From assembly GCA_000002445.1 (NCBI GenBank), contig CM000207.1, forward strand, positions 2,048,001 to 2,112,000: 64,000 nt of DNA, written 5' to 3'. This DNA is from Trypanosoma brucei (taxonomy: Eukaryota). Positions 1-10,100 of the stretch are shown here, piece by piece (within the stretch, counting starts at the first letter, position 1; each line of letters starts with the position of its first letter). The notes under the pieces are model-generated. The model saw nothing but the letters and a program-made list of their open reading frames with translations, did not search any database and was not told where the DNA came from. The translations under genes and the position numbers were made by a program.

Positions 1-648
1 CTAATTCGTCACCCGAGCTAAAAGCTGTTTCACTACCAATATCACTGCTGTCCATCACCGCTGATGAGGCAAGCCCATACCTAGATAGTAAACGCCTCTC
101 GGATAAGATGGCCATAGCATTGAGGCACAACAGCAGAGCCTGCAAAATCCCAGCAAGAGAGAACCCCATGTGAATATCTACCAGCTTTACGTGCACGCGC
201 GTGGGACGAAGTGCATGATGTGCGTTTCGGAAGGTGGAAGGTGGTAAGGTTGTTAAAGAGGAAAGAAGATGGAGGATCCCACATTACTGGGGTCTAAAAG
301 AAATGTATCTCAGCCCCTCTTCATGAAACACCTGCAACTTGAAGCAGATAACCGAAAGGAGAGTGTTAGGTTACAAAGGTGACAAATGAAGTTGATTTAT
401 TTAAAGAGAACAAAGTAAAGTCACCCATCTCTCCTCACTCCCGTATACGCATTCACAATTTATACCGTTATTCCCTCTTACACCCTCAAACTTTCAGCTT
501 TGACCTTCCCCCTTTCTCTGCCTCAACACCCTGCACCACCGCCAACCACTCACACCCGCTTCCTGCAACACCGTAAAGGGGAAGTATACGCACGATAGAG
601 GGGACAGTCTGCTGAGTGCTGCATTAAATTTCACACCCTCACCTCCCT

Positions 649-2172
649 TCAACCGTCCAATGAAACAACAGGTTCCGGCTTTACAGCAACTTCCGCTTCC
701 GCCTCCCCCTCCTCATCCGTTTTCTTTCTGATTTCTGGTAATCCAACAGCTGCCAACCCATCGGCCACAACCACGCGGATATCGTGCGTAGGATAGAAAA
801 CGTCTCCCACCTCCAGGCGGAGCATATTTCCGAGTGTCCACTGCTTTCCCTGAACGCGAACACCGTTACGACCATAATTAACCAACCAGAGGAATTGTGA
901 AACCTCTTCGTTTTCCTGCACCTCAGTGCCCCCATCTTCCCGCCTCTTCGAGTCCTCCCCAGTGCCGGAGGAACTCGACTTATTGGGCAACAAAAACAAG
1001 GAAAAGTGGTGTGGGGATACAAACTCCGGGTGTTGAGTTAAGGAAACAAGACCAACATGGATGTTTGTTATGCCGTTAGACACCGAACTTACCACACCAG
1101 CGGTACGGCCAAAGTGCATCACCCGGCCTCGCACGGAAATTGTTTGAGAATCACTCACACTAGTTGATGTCACCTGTAATATCCAACGGCACCTCTCCTC
1201 TGAATTGCTATGAACTGCCGGTTTCCAACCAAGCTCTCTCACCCCATCAAGATACGCCCCCGGAAGCTTCATCAAGTCTACATAGGGTGCTGTTTCATTT
1301 ATCACCCCAGGTACGAGACGATCCGTTTGGATCCCCTTGGATTGTAGGGTTCGCCATGGACGGCGATAGAGTTTTGTAAGATTCTCTATTAGCTCAACAC
1401 GTTTCTCCACATCCTTTTCTGCTGCAGCGACGAAAGTACCGGGGTGAAGGTCAACATCATTACTCCACGGGTCCTCTGACGGCTGTAGTGTTTGGATGTC
1501 TATTTCACCTGCGCCATCGTCACTACACGGACGGTCCCGTTTTTTCTCATTGCAACCCGCCACAATTTCTTCTCTCTCATAGGCATCACCATTGTTATCA
1601 CTCTCTCTTCCTCTCTTGGCGGGTAATTGATGACTATTAATCTCAACAGCGGTGCTCCATGCAAGGAGATTAATAAAGTGATTAGACATTATAACCTTCG
1701 CTTCATCATCGTTAAGCCCCACACGTTGTTTGAGTTTGAGCAACTCATCTATGACAGCACCCGAGGAAAATTTCCCACGTTGGAGCACCTCCGCCGTTAG
1801 TCCAATCGACTGGAGGCGATTTGATGCCAGCAGAGATGCCAGCGTAACTTTGGGTCCTTTTTTCTCCGCCTCGTCTTGTGGAGGAGTGATATCACCAGCA
1901 GCAGCACCGCGCTTTGCGCTCCCGACGCCTTTCCGCAAATCCTCAGTGGGTAAATGAAACAACTCAGCAATGTTGAGAAATGAAGACTCAACAACAAGTG
2001 CGTCTGACACCGCATCACCCACAGCCACCGGTGCTGTTCCTTCTGGGACCTTGCCTAACAACTCCGGGAACAAATACAAGGGTGGCTCATAACTCACCGG
2101 GTGCTTAAACACCAGCTCGCAGTCTCCAACCAAATGTGTAAAGGATTCTGAAAGGGGTTGGGGGGCACTCAT
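649..2172 (-). CDS. Conserved hypothetical protein of ~507 aa. The true start is probably the internal ATG giving MSAPQPLSE; the ORF track extends 19 codons further upstream.
   Basis: A long uninterrupted minus-strand ORF in the same orientation as the whole gene array. A polypurine run on the plus strand (the minus-strand polyPy tract) lies at ~2288-2332 upstream of the proposed ATG at 2172. I recognise no domain; there is a helix-rich central block (KVTLASLLASNRLQSIGLTAEVLQRG) and an acidic C-terminus. Confidence 0.55.
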   Translation of the reverse strand: MSAPQPLSESFTHLVGDCELVFKHPVSYEPPLYLFPELLGKVPEGTAPVAVGDAVSDALVVESSFLNIAELFHLPTEDLRKGVGSAKRGAAAGDITPPQDEAEKKGPKVTLASLLASNRLQSIGLTAEVLQRGKFSSGAVIDELLKLKQRVGLNDDEAKVIMSNHFINLLAWSTAVEINSHQLPAKRGRESDNNGDAYEREEIVAGCNEKKRDRPCSDDGAGEIDIQTLQPSEDPWSNDVDLHPGTFVAAAEKDVEKRVELIENLTKLYRRPWRTLQSKGIQTDRLVPGVINETAPYVDLMKLPGAYLDGVRELGWKPAVHSNSEERCRWILQVTSTSVSDSQTISVRGRVMHFGRTAGVVSSVSNGITNIHVGLVSLTQHPEFVSPHHFSLFLLPNKSSSSGTGEDSKRREDGGTEVQENEEVSQFLWLVNYGRNGVRVQGKQWTLGNMLRLEVGDVFYPTHDIRVVVADGLAAVGLPEIRKKTDEEGEAEAEVAVKPEPVVSLDG

Positions 2173-2287
2173 CCTCTCACTCTCTTTCTCTCTTTTTTTC
2201 CTTCTACACGGTCTGACACACCCGTTCAAGCAACCCTCGTGGAGATGAATCAGGAGTGCTGTAGAAAGAATCTTTCTGTTCCTCGTC

Positions 2288-2332
2288 CAGAGGAGACGGA
2301 AAAGGGGGGGGACAAGATGGGGAAGAGCAAAC
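2288..2332 (-). promoter_or_regulatory. Putative polypyrimidine tract (minus strand) for SL trans-splicing, upstream of the 649..2172 gene.
   Basis: The plus-strand homopurine run gaggagacggaaaaggggggggacaagatggggaagagc (= CT-rich on the coding strand) lies ~120-160 nt upstream of the ATG. It is followed by a purine-rich, AG-containing 5'UTR. The same arrangement recurs upstream of other genes, e.g. 9655-9745 for the Rrp7-like gene and ~41490-41530 for prolidase. Confidence 0.4.
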
Positions 2333-2708
2333 GTTAATAGTGACCGACCGTGTACGTGGGTGTGTAGCTGTACGCACTTTATATGAGGAAATTAGACAGT
2401 CACTAGGGGTTGGACCTGATAACAAATAAATAATGAGAGGCTACCAGTCCGTAACACATGAGAAGAGCATTGCCGTACGATAAATGTATGGGGTCACATA
2501 CCTCAAATGACAACGTGAAAAGAAGGTGGAAGAAAATTACGAATTGGTCATGGGGAGAACGGTCTTAAGAACGTCTCAGAGTGCTTGTGGGGGCACGAAC
2601 AACGACTGGTATGAAACCCGTACTGGATAGCGGAACTACACAAAACAGAAATAGCATGTCAGTTGGAAGTTGCTGCTGCGGTTGTTTTTGCATTTCCTCC
2701 GTGTTGAC

Positions 2709-5700
2709 TTAACGCAAATCTGTACTGGGGTCGTCACCACCCATGTTTGCAAAGGGATTAAAGGCTAGTGGCAAAGGATTGCCGCCCAACCGTTGAGATG
2801 CGCTATTCGTTGGTGCAGTTTCTGGTGCTTGCAGGAGCCCGTGAACCCCACTACCAACCCCAAATGGAGGACACTGTGAAGAATCACTCACTGACACTCC
2901 CCCAGCTACAGGAGATGGGTTAAAGTTCTCAACCGGCCACATCCCACCACTGATTTGACTGTGAACACAGTCGGCGCCGGCTTCCCGTAAAAGTGCTCGG
3001 GACACATCCGACAAGGTGACGCTGTGATTATATGGTACACGATTTAACGGCACATCCTCCGCGGCAGCAGCAGGCATGCCATTTGGAGGATTATACGTGT
3101 TTTCATGGGAAATTTGAAGGCGATTTTGGGCATCATCGCTAGACGGCCCATTATTCATCTCGTGGTTGAATGGGACAACATCAGGCTCACGTGACACGTG
3201 TGTAGGTTCACCATCTGGCCTACCAAAATTTTCAGTTATACCGAGAGTCAACTGGACGTCCTTCTGACTTCCAAACCCTCTCTCTTCACACATGTGAACG
3301 ACCATGACAAGTAATTGGTCTCGTTCCTCAGTTATTTTCTGAAGGTCCTGACGTAGAGTCAGAGTTTCCGTAGTGTCACCCCTGCTTCGTGACACGGCTG
3401 CGCGTAGCTGTTCTTCCAGCATATTCAGTGACTGAGCCAAAGCCTGATGTTCCTCTTCCTTGACACTGACAGCTCCTTCTAAAAAAGCAATATTCTCATT
3501 GAGGTTACCCACCTCGGAGCGATGTCGTTCTTCCCGCAGAGCCTCTTCCTCCTCTCGTTGTCTGGCGTCCGCTCGGATTTGCTCTTCGAGACTGTGAAGA
3601 TCTGACTCCAACTTGGCGTTCTTTTCAGTTAATTCGCGGATTTTACTCTCATACTGCTCACGCAGAGCGTTAACCGTTTCGTCTAATAACTTTGTTGTTT
3701 CTACGGGTGTAGAAGGTTGCGAGGTCACAAACCCCACAGCACCAGGCTGTGTGGGTGTCTCAGGAACTGCTTGTGGAAAGGGGAGGGGCGGAGAACTTCT
3801 CACCTCCACACTATTATAGTCCGTGACAGCTGATATTGATTGCTTTAGTTGCGACCCCAAGTAATCTCCTTCCTTAGGGTCTGGTGCTGCTTTAATGATA
3901 CCCATACGCGTGCGGCAAAGATCACTGAAATCCTTCATAACCTTCAAAAGAGAGCCCTTCATTGCTTCATCGTACAATGCAGGTGCAGTGCGTTGAAAAG
4001 CACATTTGGGTGGCTCACCCCACATGGGACTAGACGCCCTCACATCGAAAAGTAAGTCCTCGAAGACCTGAGGTCCGCCCAAATGGCTAAAGAAAAGTTC
4101 CAGCAGTTGTTCCTTGTTTATTACCTCCTCCTGAGGCGACGGGGTACACTCAACCTCCGCCTTTTTCGACTTTTCATTAGCTGTGCAATTGCCCATACCT
4201 CCATTTTGATCATTCTCAGGAGCATAAACACAAATGGCAGCACACAGTATAGCGGACCAGAAGCGGACGTGCACAGGTCCTTCATCACGACACGCACGCT
4301 GCAAGAATCCTCTGTAATGCGCCGTATCTTTTAGGAAGTGCTGGATCGCCCTTACGTCACACACTATCCACTGCAATAACGCCCTAAAGCATGCACTCAA
4401 TGTGTTGAGATCCATCTCCCCGTGGCCACGAAAACATTTTAACACGTATTCGACGTAACCTACGAATACAGAACCAGGTGGCTCCGTGGCCGCGGGAGCA
4501 ACATGTGTCCTCGATACAAATACCTTGGTTTTAAGGGCAGGTGAGCCTGAAGAGGCTTCCAGTTCCTCTTTATGTTCTAACAGTTGCACCGCTGCGGTTG
4601 GTATCATCAACAGGCGGTCCAAAAGTAAGGCAGCGTAGTATTTCCCAACACAATCGCTGCCTCCATAAGTGCTAAATAGAGCAGCGGCAATTGCCTCACC
4701 ACAGTCACCCACCAACGTTCCCTTCGGTAGTGCTACACCCGACGGACCGGGGACAGGCAGGGCGAATCCTTTGAGAATAACTTTCACAGCACTTTCTTCA
4801 CACGAAGGTGTGCTCAGAAGTGTGAGAAACACCTGCGCAACGCAGGGTTGCATCACTCTATCCCCAACACCAAGCAGCAGATGCAAAGCAGCTCGTGCAG
4901 CTGGTAATTCCTTCGCAACAAAGATTGAGGAATCCTTCCGCAGCAGCATCAGAACGTGAAGTTGCAGAAATTCCTCAACGGCCGCGCTGCCGCCTTCGAG
5001 AAGAATTGCAAGTGTTCGCATGGCCTCGACGCGCACGGCATCATCCACAGCGTCGCCAACAAGAGCAAGTGACGCTAATGGGGTTAAAACACCGCACTGC
5101 AGGAAACTTTCCTGAGTAGCTGTACCCCCCTCCGGTTGCGCCCTCGCGTCACGAAGCACACAACTAAGCAACGAAACGGCCATCAGCGTTGCCATATTCT
5201 GTGCATTGGTAAGCGGTGTGTAATCCACCTGAACCTCCTCTCCATGTTTCCTCTTCATCATCCGACTAGCCTCCGCTTGTTTCACGGCGTCTTGCAAACG
5301 CTGAACAACAGCAAACAACAAGGGACAAATAAGTTTGGCACAACCCATCTCACAGAAGAGCTTTTGGGTAGCCTTGTTTCCACGGAGCATATTGTGTGTT
5401 ATAGTGAGGCAGTCGGATACAATAGCACCACCGTCTAGATCTCCCTCGTCCCTCATCACACCAAAAAGTTTCTCGAATGCGTTGTTGAAGGCCAGTACCG
5501 TCTGCAGCTCAGTGTCCGTGGCAGTAATAGCGGTAATGAGTACAAGACCTTCATTTCGAAGGGCACCGTCGTGGCTATTATCGCTCAGAATATCCACTAA
5601 CACACTCACACCTTGTGAGGCGAGAAGAAGTTTATTCATTGAAGATGGATCGTAATCTTCAAGTCTCTGCAGCAACTGTAGTGCATGAAAGCGTGACCAA

Positions 5701-6161
5701 AAAGAGCCCTCTTTCATATGACTCAAGAAAAGTGGAACTTCACTCACAAGTTCCTGCAAAAACGAATCGCAAATGCTTTGTTTCCCCCTTTCGGACACAG
5801 CGTAGGCAGGACCAGTTGGGAAACCACTAAGGTCTGTGACATTTGCAAGAATCGCTAGGGAGGACTCCACAACTTCCCCGTCTTCCGAATAATTTTGTAG
5901 CAAATTGCACAGATGTACAACCTCTTTCGGTTCCATTACATATGGAAGATCGACACACTCCCGCAACTCCCTGAGCGCCTCACGCCTGTCCTGAGCAACT
6001 GTGCATGATTGAATACGCGTGATTAACTTTCTTGTATGAACGTAATCCCCCTCCGGCTCTTCTCTGCCCTTATTCCCCTCTTCGACAGCGGCAGCCACTT
6101 TTGACGTATCTGTAGGGTGCACGATATCATCGCCGAGCAACGTCTTAACCAAAAAACTCAT
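2709..6161 (-). CDS. USO1: General vesicular transport factor p115/Uso1-like golgin: armadillo-repeat head followed by a coiled-coil tail.
   Basis: The 1150-aa product contains LAFNNAFEKLFGVMRDEGDLDGGAIVSDCLTITHNMLRGNKATQKLFCE. This closely matches the p115 head signature VAFENAFERLLDIITEEGNSDGGIVVEDCLILLQNLLK. An N-terminal ARM-like repeat region is present. Heptad-rich coiled coil (KIRELTEKNAKLESDLHSLEEQIRADARQREEEEALREE...) occupies residues ~800-930. Confidence 0.85.
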   Translation of the reverse strand: MSFLVKTLLGDDIVHPTDTSKVAAAVEEGNKGREEPEGDYVHTRKLITRIQSCTVAQDRREALRELRECVDLPYVMEPKEVVHLCNLLQNYSEDGEVVESSLAILANVTDLSGFPTGPAYAVSERGKQSICDSFLQELVSEVPLFLSHMKEGSFWSRFHALQLLQRLEDYDPSSMNKLLLASQGVSVLVDILSDNSHDGALRNEGLVLITAITATDTELQTVLAFNNAFEKLFGVMRDEGDLDGGAIVSDCLTITHNMLRGNKATQKLFCEMGCAKLICPLLFAVVQRLQDAVKQAEASRMMKRKHGEEVQVDYTPLTNAQNMATLMAVSLLSCVLRDARAQPEGGTATQESFLQCGVLTPLASLALVGDAVDDAVRVEAMRTLAILLEGGSAAVEEFLQLHVLMLLRKDSSIFVAKELPAARAALHLLLGVGDRVMQPCVAQVFLTLLSTPSCEESAVKVILKGFALPVPGPSGVALPKGTLVGDCGEAIAAALFSTYGGSDCVGKYYAALLLDRLLMIPTAAVQLLEHKEELEASSGSPALKTKVFVSRTHVAPAATEPPGSVFVGYVEYVLKCFRGHGEMDLNTLSACFRALLQWIVCDVRAIQHFLKDTAHYRGFLQRACRDEGPVHVRFWSAILCAAICVYAPENDQNGGMGNCTANEKSKKAEVECTPSPQEEVINKEQLLELFFSHLGGPQVFEDLLFDVRASSPMWGEPPKCAFQRTAPALYDEAMKGSLLKVMKDFSDLCRTRMGIIKAAPDPKEGDYLGSQLKQSISAVTDYNSVEVRSSPPLPFPQAVPETPTQPGAVGFVTSQPSTPVETTKLLDETVNALREQYESKIRELTEKNAKLESDLHSLEEQIRADARQREEEEALREERHRSEVGNLNENIAFLEGAVSVKEEEHQALAQSLNMLEEQLRAAVSRSRGDTTETLTLRQDLQKITEERDQLLVMVVHMCEERGFGSQKDVQLTLGITENFGRPDGEPTHVSREPDVVPFNHEMNNGPSSDDAQNRLQISHENTYNPPNGMPAAAAEDVPLNRVPYNHSVTLSDVSRALLREAGADCVHSQISGGMWPVENFNPSPVAGGVSVSDSSQCPPFGVGSGVHGLLQAPETAPTNSASQRLGGNPLPLAFNPFANMGGDDPSTDLR

Positions 6162-6949
6162 GATACCGTCTTTCTACGCTAAAAAGAAATAAAATATGAT
6201 GATGCACACGCGCCACTCGGTGTACACACTGATTGTATTTTTCTCCCACCCCCGAGAGGCACAAAGCACTGGTAACGAGTTCTTGTTTGTTATCTTTCCA
6301 AGCGTTTTTTTATTGTTTCTCGCACGATTGTGTGTGTGGATGTGTCTTTCTTTTAATATTACACGAAAGACAACAGACGCTTGTCCTTACACGAGCACCT
6401 GCGGGAGAACAAAGGAAGAGAGGAAACTGTGAGAATCAAATGCACGAGTACCAAAAAATAGAAAATCAAGACGAATCCCGTTGATTATCTTTTTTTTTTA
6501 AGTAGGGGTTAGGGACGGAGGTAATAAGGAAATGGATGCAACATAGTTACTCACTCCGATGTCGTTATTAGAAGGAATCGAGACAAAAGTGCCTTACACG
6601 CGCATTAAGTGCACACCAATACCGGGACCACATCATCAGAGTTACGCATCGAGTGATGTGTTGTCGGAAGGTAAACATCGAATCCCTTATTCAACCAAAT
6701 ACGCATACATCTATATATCGGTGTATATATATGTAGATGTGGATGTGGATGTAGATGTATACAGCACGTACCTCCATATACCCATAACTTTCACTTAACA
6801 TTTAAACGTCCAAACAGTCACTACCAAACACAGCATCACGCGCGTCCCTCATTCTAACAACCTTTGTAAGTGAGAAACCGCAAACGTCGACGAACACGCC
6901 ATCGAAGCGACAAAAATACACATATATACAAAAAAAATACAAATGTGCA

Positions 6950-7885
6950 TTAAAAGGATGTTTCGGGAATCACACCAAAGGTCTCACGTTTCACACGAAC
7001 CTCACCCTTCGGTTTCAACACCTTCCTCTTATTGTATACGTGCCTCATACGTGCCGGCACAAGGTTGCGCTCCTCAAGCGACTTCATGCGGTCGGTTATG
7101 GGATGGACGGAGCTGCCATTGAGGTGCCGCAGGGAACCAACGAGATTTGAACTAGGCGCCACATCTAGAGAGAGCGGCGTGTAATGATGGCGACCGAAAG
7201 ATTTAATGGACATCCCCTCACGCTTAATGAGACGACGCTTCTCTCTTGCAGCTTGGCGTTTTGCTTCCCGCTTAGCGTGCTGAGCTGCAATTTCCTCGAT
7301 GTGGTCCACTTCATTCAACACGATGTCCCGTTTCGGGTGACGGCGGTGCGGAAGGGTTTTTTTCGTTGCGAGTAATGAAGCCTTTGATACCTTCTTTTTG
7401 TCCTTCTTCTTCCGCTTCTTCTTCTTATCTTCCTCCTTTTTTGCTACGTTGGAGTCCCCTTCCTGAACCCCTTCCTTCACTGTTTTTCGCGCCTTCTTCT
7501 TCTTCTTTTCCGGCCGTTCCTTTACCTCTTCCTCCCACGTCTCGTCAGTGGAAAGGCTGCCGTTATATTTTTGATCCCGACCTCGAGTCAAGAACTTCAC
7601 AACCCTTTCATGATCCCGCTTTTTCTTCTCCAAGTGTTTAACCGCTTTGAGCAGAGCCTTCTGATGGTCATCATCGCGGGGGTTGTAACTTTGCCCGGGA
7701 TGCGGAAGTGCCACGGCGGCTCGATTGTTGGGTCGCACATATGCGCACTTGCGCTTACGAGGCGCCTGAGGTTTTGTAGGTAACACTTCAGGAGGGACAT
7801 TCCACCCACGACTCGTACGGACGGGTTTCGGTGCATTGACGGCCCGCTCATCGGCACCTGACCATAAGTCACGCAGTTTTGACAT
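6950..7885 (-). CDS. NOP53: Nop53/GLTSCR2-like nucleolar 60S ribosome-biogenesis protein. The start has been moved to the internal ATG (MSKLRDLW...).
   Basis: A basic, K/R-rich product with a PHPGQSYNP motif and a K-rich central block, as I recall for the Nop53 family. The ORF-track N-terminus (MILFLSENIV...CVCVCVCVF) is translated straight through the (CA)n microsatellite at 7955-7998 and is therefore artefactual. Confidence 0.5.
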   Translation of the reverse strand: MSKLRDLWSGADERAVNAPKPVRTSRGWNVPPEVLPTKPQAPRKRKCAYVRPNNRAAVALPHPGQSYNPRDDDHQKALLKAVKHLEKKKRDHERVVKFLTRGRDQKYNGSLSTDETWEEEVKERPEKKKKKARKTVKEGVQEGDSNVAKKEEDKKKKRKKKDKKKVSKASLLATKKTLPHRRHPKRDIVLNEVDHIEEIAAQHAKREAKRQAAREKRRLIKREGMSIKSFGRHHYTPLSLDVAPSSNLVGSLRHLNGSSVHPITDRMKSLEERNLVPARMRHVYNKRKVLKPKGEVRVKRETFGVIPETSF

Positions 7886-7954
7886 ACAGGCTCGCAGATT
7901 AATGTAAATATAGCGAGCAGTTGTAAACAGACGCGAAAAAAAAAAACAAAAACA

Positions 7955-7998
7955 CCGCACGCACGCACGCACAAACACACACACACACACACACACAA
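7955..7998. repeat. (CA)n / (GCAC)n microsatellite.
   Basis: gcacgcacgcacgcacaaacacacacacacacacacacacaag, immediately upstream of the Nop53-like start. Confidence 0.9.
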
Positions 7999-8501
7999 GT
8001 ACACACGATGTGAGAATCTCTCTTTTTGCAACTATATTTTCGGAGAGAAATAAAATCAAAACAGAAAAAACGATCCACCCTTCGGCTCTGCGGTTACGAT
8101 GAGTGTTTATACCGCGTAATACCTTTATTGTCTCAATCCTTTTCTCTCTTTTCTTTTTTATGTTCCCCGAGGCTTCCTTCCCTCTTACGTCTCCTTTGGT
8201 GTGAGTACTGAAGTTACCTCAACAAGTGGCAAAACTGAAACCACTACCTTCGGTTGTGGAAAGCAAGTGAGTGCATAAAAGAGAGGGGAAAGAATGCGCA
8301 AAGAAGAGTAACAGAAAAAAAAAAAACGAAGGCATAAGCTTACAGCGGGGGAAGCCACCAACCACAAAAGAACAAAATATAAGTAAACACCGGACACCAG
8401 CATTTACCCGGAAGCCCCCTGCTTCACAACACGCATGCGCGCTCATGCAAGCAAAGAGAACACGAACGTTACCCGCGAAATAACCTTAAATAACATATCA
8501 C

Positions 8502-9515
8502 CTAGAACTTTTTAAGTGAACGCCGTTGCTTTGAAGCCTCAAACATTGACTTGTGAGCACGACCCTTTTCGAGGAACCTTTCTGCATTCCGCGTCCACCG
8601 CTTGCTTACCTGAAACTGATAGAAATCCGAATAACACGGGTTTTTCCGCTTTCGGCGATGCATTGGTCGGTCGGAGGCTTCATGAAGATGTTCCTCCTGA
8701 CTTCGTAGCTTGTCATCCTCAGCACCAAAAGTCGAAACTAACTGTGTTGGATCCACATCAGCGCCTTGCGTCATTTGGCGTACAACCTCGCTCACATTAC
8801 GCGGGACAACATAGCGGAATCCGTCCTTATCACCCCCGCGCTTGTTGATTTCCTTCAACTCTCGTAGTCGCTTAGCTGCAGCACGCCTTAGTTGACATTC
8901 CCTCTTACTGAGATCCTTAAAATATGAATGGGCCTTTTGCAGAAGTCCATCCGCTTCCACAATCTCACTGCGCTTCTGCTGCGCGTAATCATCGAGGAAA
9001 GGAAGATGTGGAGAGTTAAACCCACCGCCTCCGGGTGCATCAGCGCTGGTTGAATCACGCTTACCGTCCTCACCACCAATAACCCTTTGAAGGAGTTGTT
9101 TGTCTATTTCTTCTTGCGATGGTGGCGGCAATTCAAATGGGACGCTGATATCTCTCAGTCTTTCCACCTTTTTTTTGTTTGGTAAGGCAACCGCCACCTT
9201 TTTATCTTTCTTTTGGCCTGCTTTTTCCTTAACGGGCTTTCGCTCTGATTTTTTTGTGGAACCCTTGACGGGTTTCCTTCCCTTTTCAGTCAAAATCGCC
9301 TTCTTGCCCCCTTTCCCGTGGGCACGTTCCGACGCTTGTTTCCTTTTCTTGTCATTCATTCTCAACCTTTTGTTATGGCGCCTTTCCTCTTCCGCGGCAG
9401 CCTCTCGTTTCTTCGCTAAGGTCTTCATCCTTTTAATATATTTCTTATTTGGTTCCAACGGTTGCAAAAGTTGTATAGGACTCGCACCAGCTGATCCGCT
9501 ACGCTTCGCTGCCAT
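8502..9515 (-). CDS. RRP7: Rrp7-like nucleolar rRNA-processing protein (C-terminal Rrp7 domain).
   Basis: A very basic product whose C-terminus, DFYQFQVSKRW...KQRRSLKKF, resembles the conserved Rrp7 C-terminal FYRFQ...RKF motif. It has an N-terminal K/R-rich region, and the polyPy/trans-splice region sits at ~9655-9745. Confidence 0.45.
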   Translation of the reverse strand: MAAKRSGSAGASPIQLLQPLEPNKKYIKRMKTLAKKREAAAEEERRHNKRLRMNDKKRKQASERAHGKGGKKAILTEKGRKPVKGSTKKSERKPVKEKAGQKKDKKVAVALPNKKKVERLRDISVPFELPPPSQEEIDKQLLQRVIGGEDGKRDSTSADAPGGGGFNSPHLPFLDDYAQQKRSEIVEADGLLQKAHSYFKDLSKRECQLRRAAAKRLRELKEINKRGGDKDGFRYVVPRNVSEVVRQMTQGADVDPTQLVSTFGAEDDKLRSQEEHLHEASDRPMHRRKRKNPCYSDFYQFQVSKRWTRNAERFLEKGRAHKSMFEASKQRRSLKKF

Positions 9516-9654
9516 CGTGAACTAATGTTTTAATAAACTGAAAACAATACGCCGCCAACCACCGTGTACCACTCCCAGTATGGAAAGAACTTGAAACAAG
9601 CCGTCAAGGCAGTGCGTGGCCGTGTGAGAGGGTGGATGTAACAACGTGTTGACG

Positions 9655-9745
9655 CAAGAATAAAAAAAAAAAAAAGAGCGCCACACCCGCATGACACGAA
9701 TGATCAGATGAAGAAAAATAGAGAAAAAGGTGAAGAAAAACAAAC
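9655..9745 (-). promoter_or_regulatory. Putative polypyrimidine tract / trans-splice acceptor region for the Rrp7-like gene.
   Basis: The plus-strand purine-rich segment (aaaaaaaaaaaaaagagcgcc...gaagaaaaatagagaaaaaggtgaagaaaaacaaacatacag) lies 140-230 nt upstream of the minus-strand ATG at 9515. It reads as a long U/C-rich tract in the primary transcript. Confidence 0.35.
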
Positions 9746-10017
9746 ATACAGTATAACTCATATATAGAGATGATTACATATATAGATACATATATAGACA
9801 TAGGTAGATACAGTTTTAAATGGTGATTTGTATAGCAATATTTGTATATTGTTGCGTACAAAGCACAACATATGACAGTCGTGGGTGCACACACGTCAGT
9901 ACTTTATTCAATCAGTTTTTAGTCACTATCACTGTTGAACATCACGCAATCAAGCAAGTACGCATAAGCACACATATATATATATATATGCATTATTAGT
10001 GGGGGAATATAAATATA

Positions 10018-10100
10018 TGTATTTATGTTTCCTTTCCTTTCCTTCCTTTCTTTTTTTCTTTGTTTGTTTTTTCCTCTTTCCTTTTCTTCTGTTTCTTTCT
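10018..10100. repeat. ~80-nt homopyrimidine·homopurine tract (potential triplex/H-DNA former) within the 3-kb spacer downstream of the HECT gene.
   Basis: tttcctttcctttccttcctttctttttttctttgtttgttttttcctctttccttttcttctgtttctttctc is almost purely C/T on the plus strand. Similar runs occur at 11301-11500 and 11640-11800. Confidence 0.7.

Noticed and set aside
55-120. A TGATGA (C-box-like) motif at 61-66, and clustered TGATGA motifs at ~41645-41675, as possible C/D snoRNAs.
   Set aside because: There is no appropriately spaced CUGA D-box or terminal stem, and the motifs are on the plus strand, opposite to the PTU. The 41645 cluster is part of an (ATGATG)n-type simple repeat.
81-284. A 67-aa minus-strand ORF at the left edge of the window.
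   Set aside because: It has no recognisable domain and lies in the probable 3'UTR of the 649..2172 gene. It cannot be evaluated without flanking sequence.
7886-8059. ORF-track N-terminal extensions of Nop53-like (to 8059), Spt4 (to 35406), transportin (to 49305), sorting nexin (to 21994), Pam16 (to 50188) and gene 649..2229.
   Set aside because: The extensions are hydrophobic and low-complexity. They run through microsatellites or polyPy tracts, and homologous proteins begin at the internal Met. The starts were therefore trimmed.
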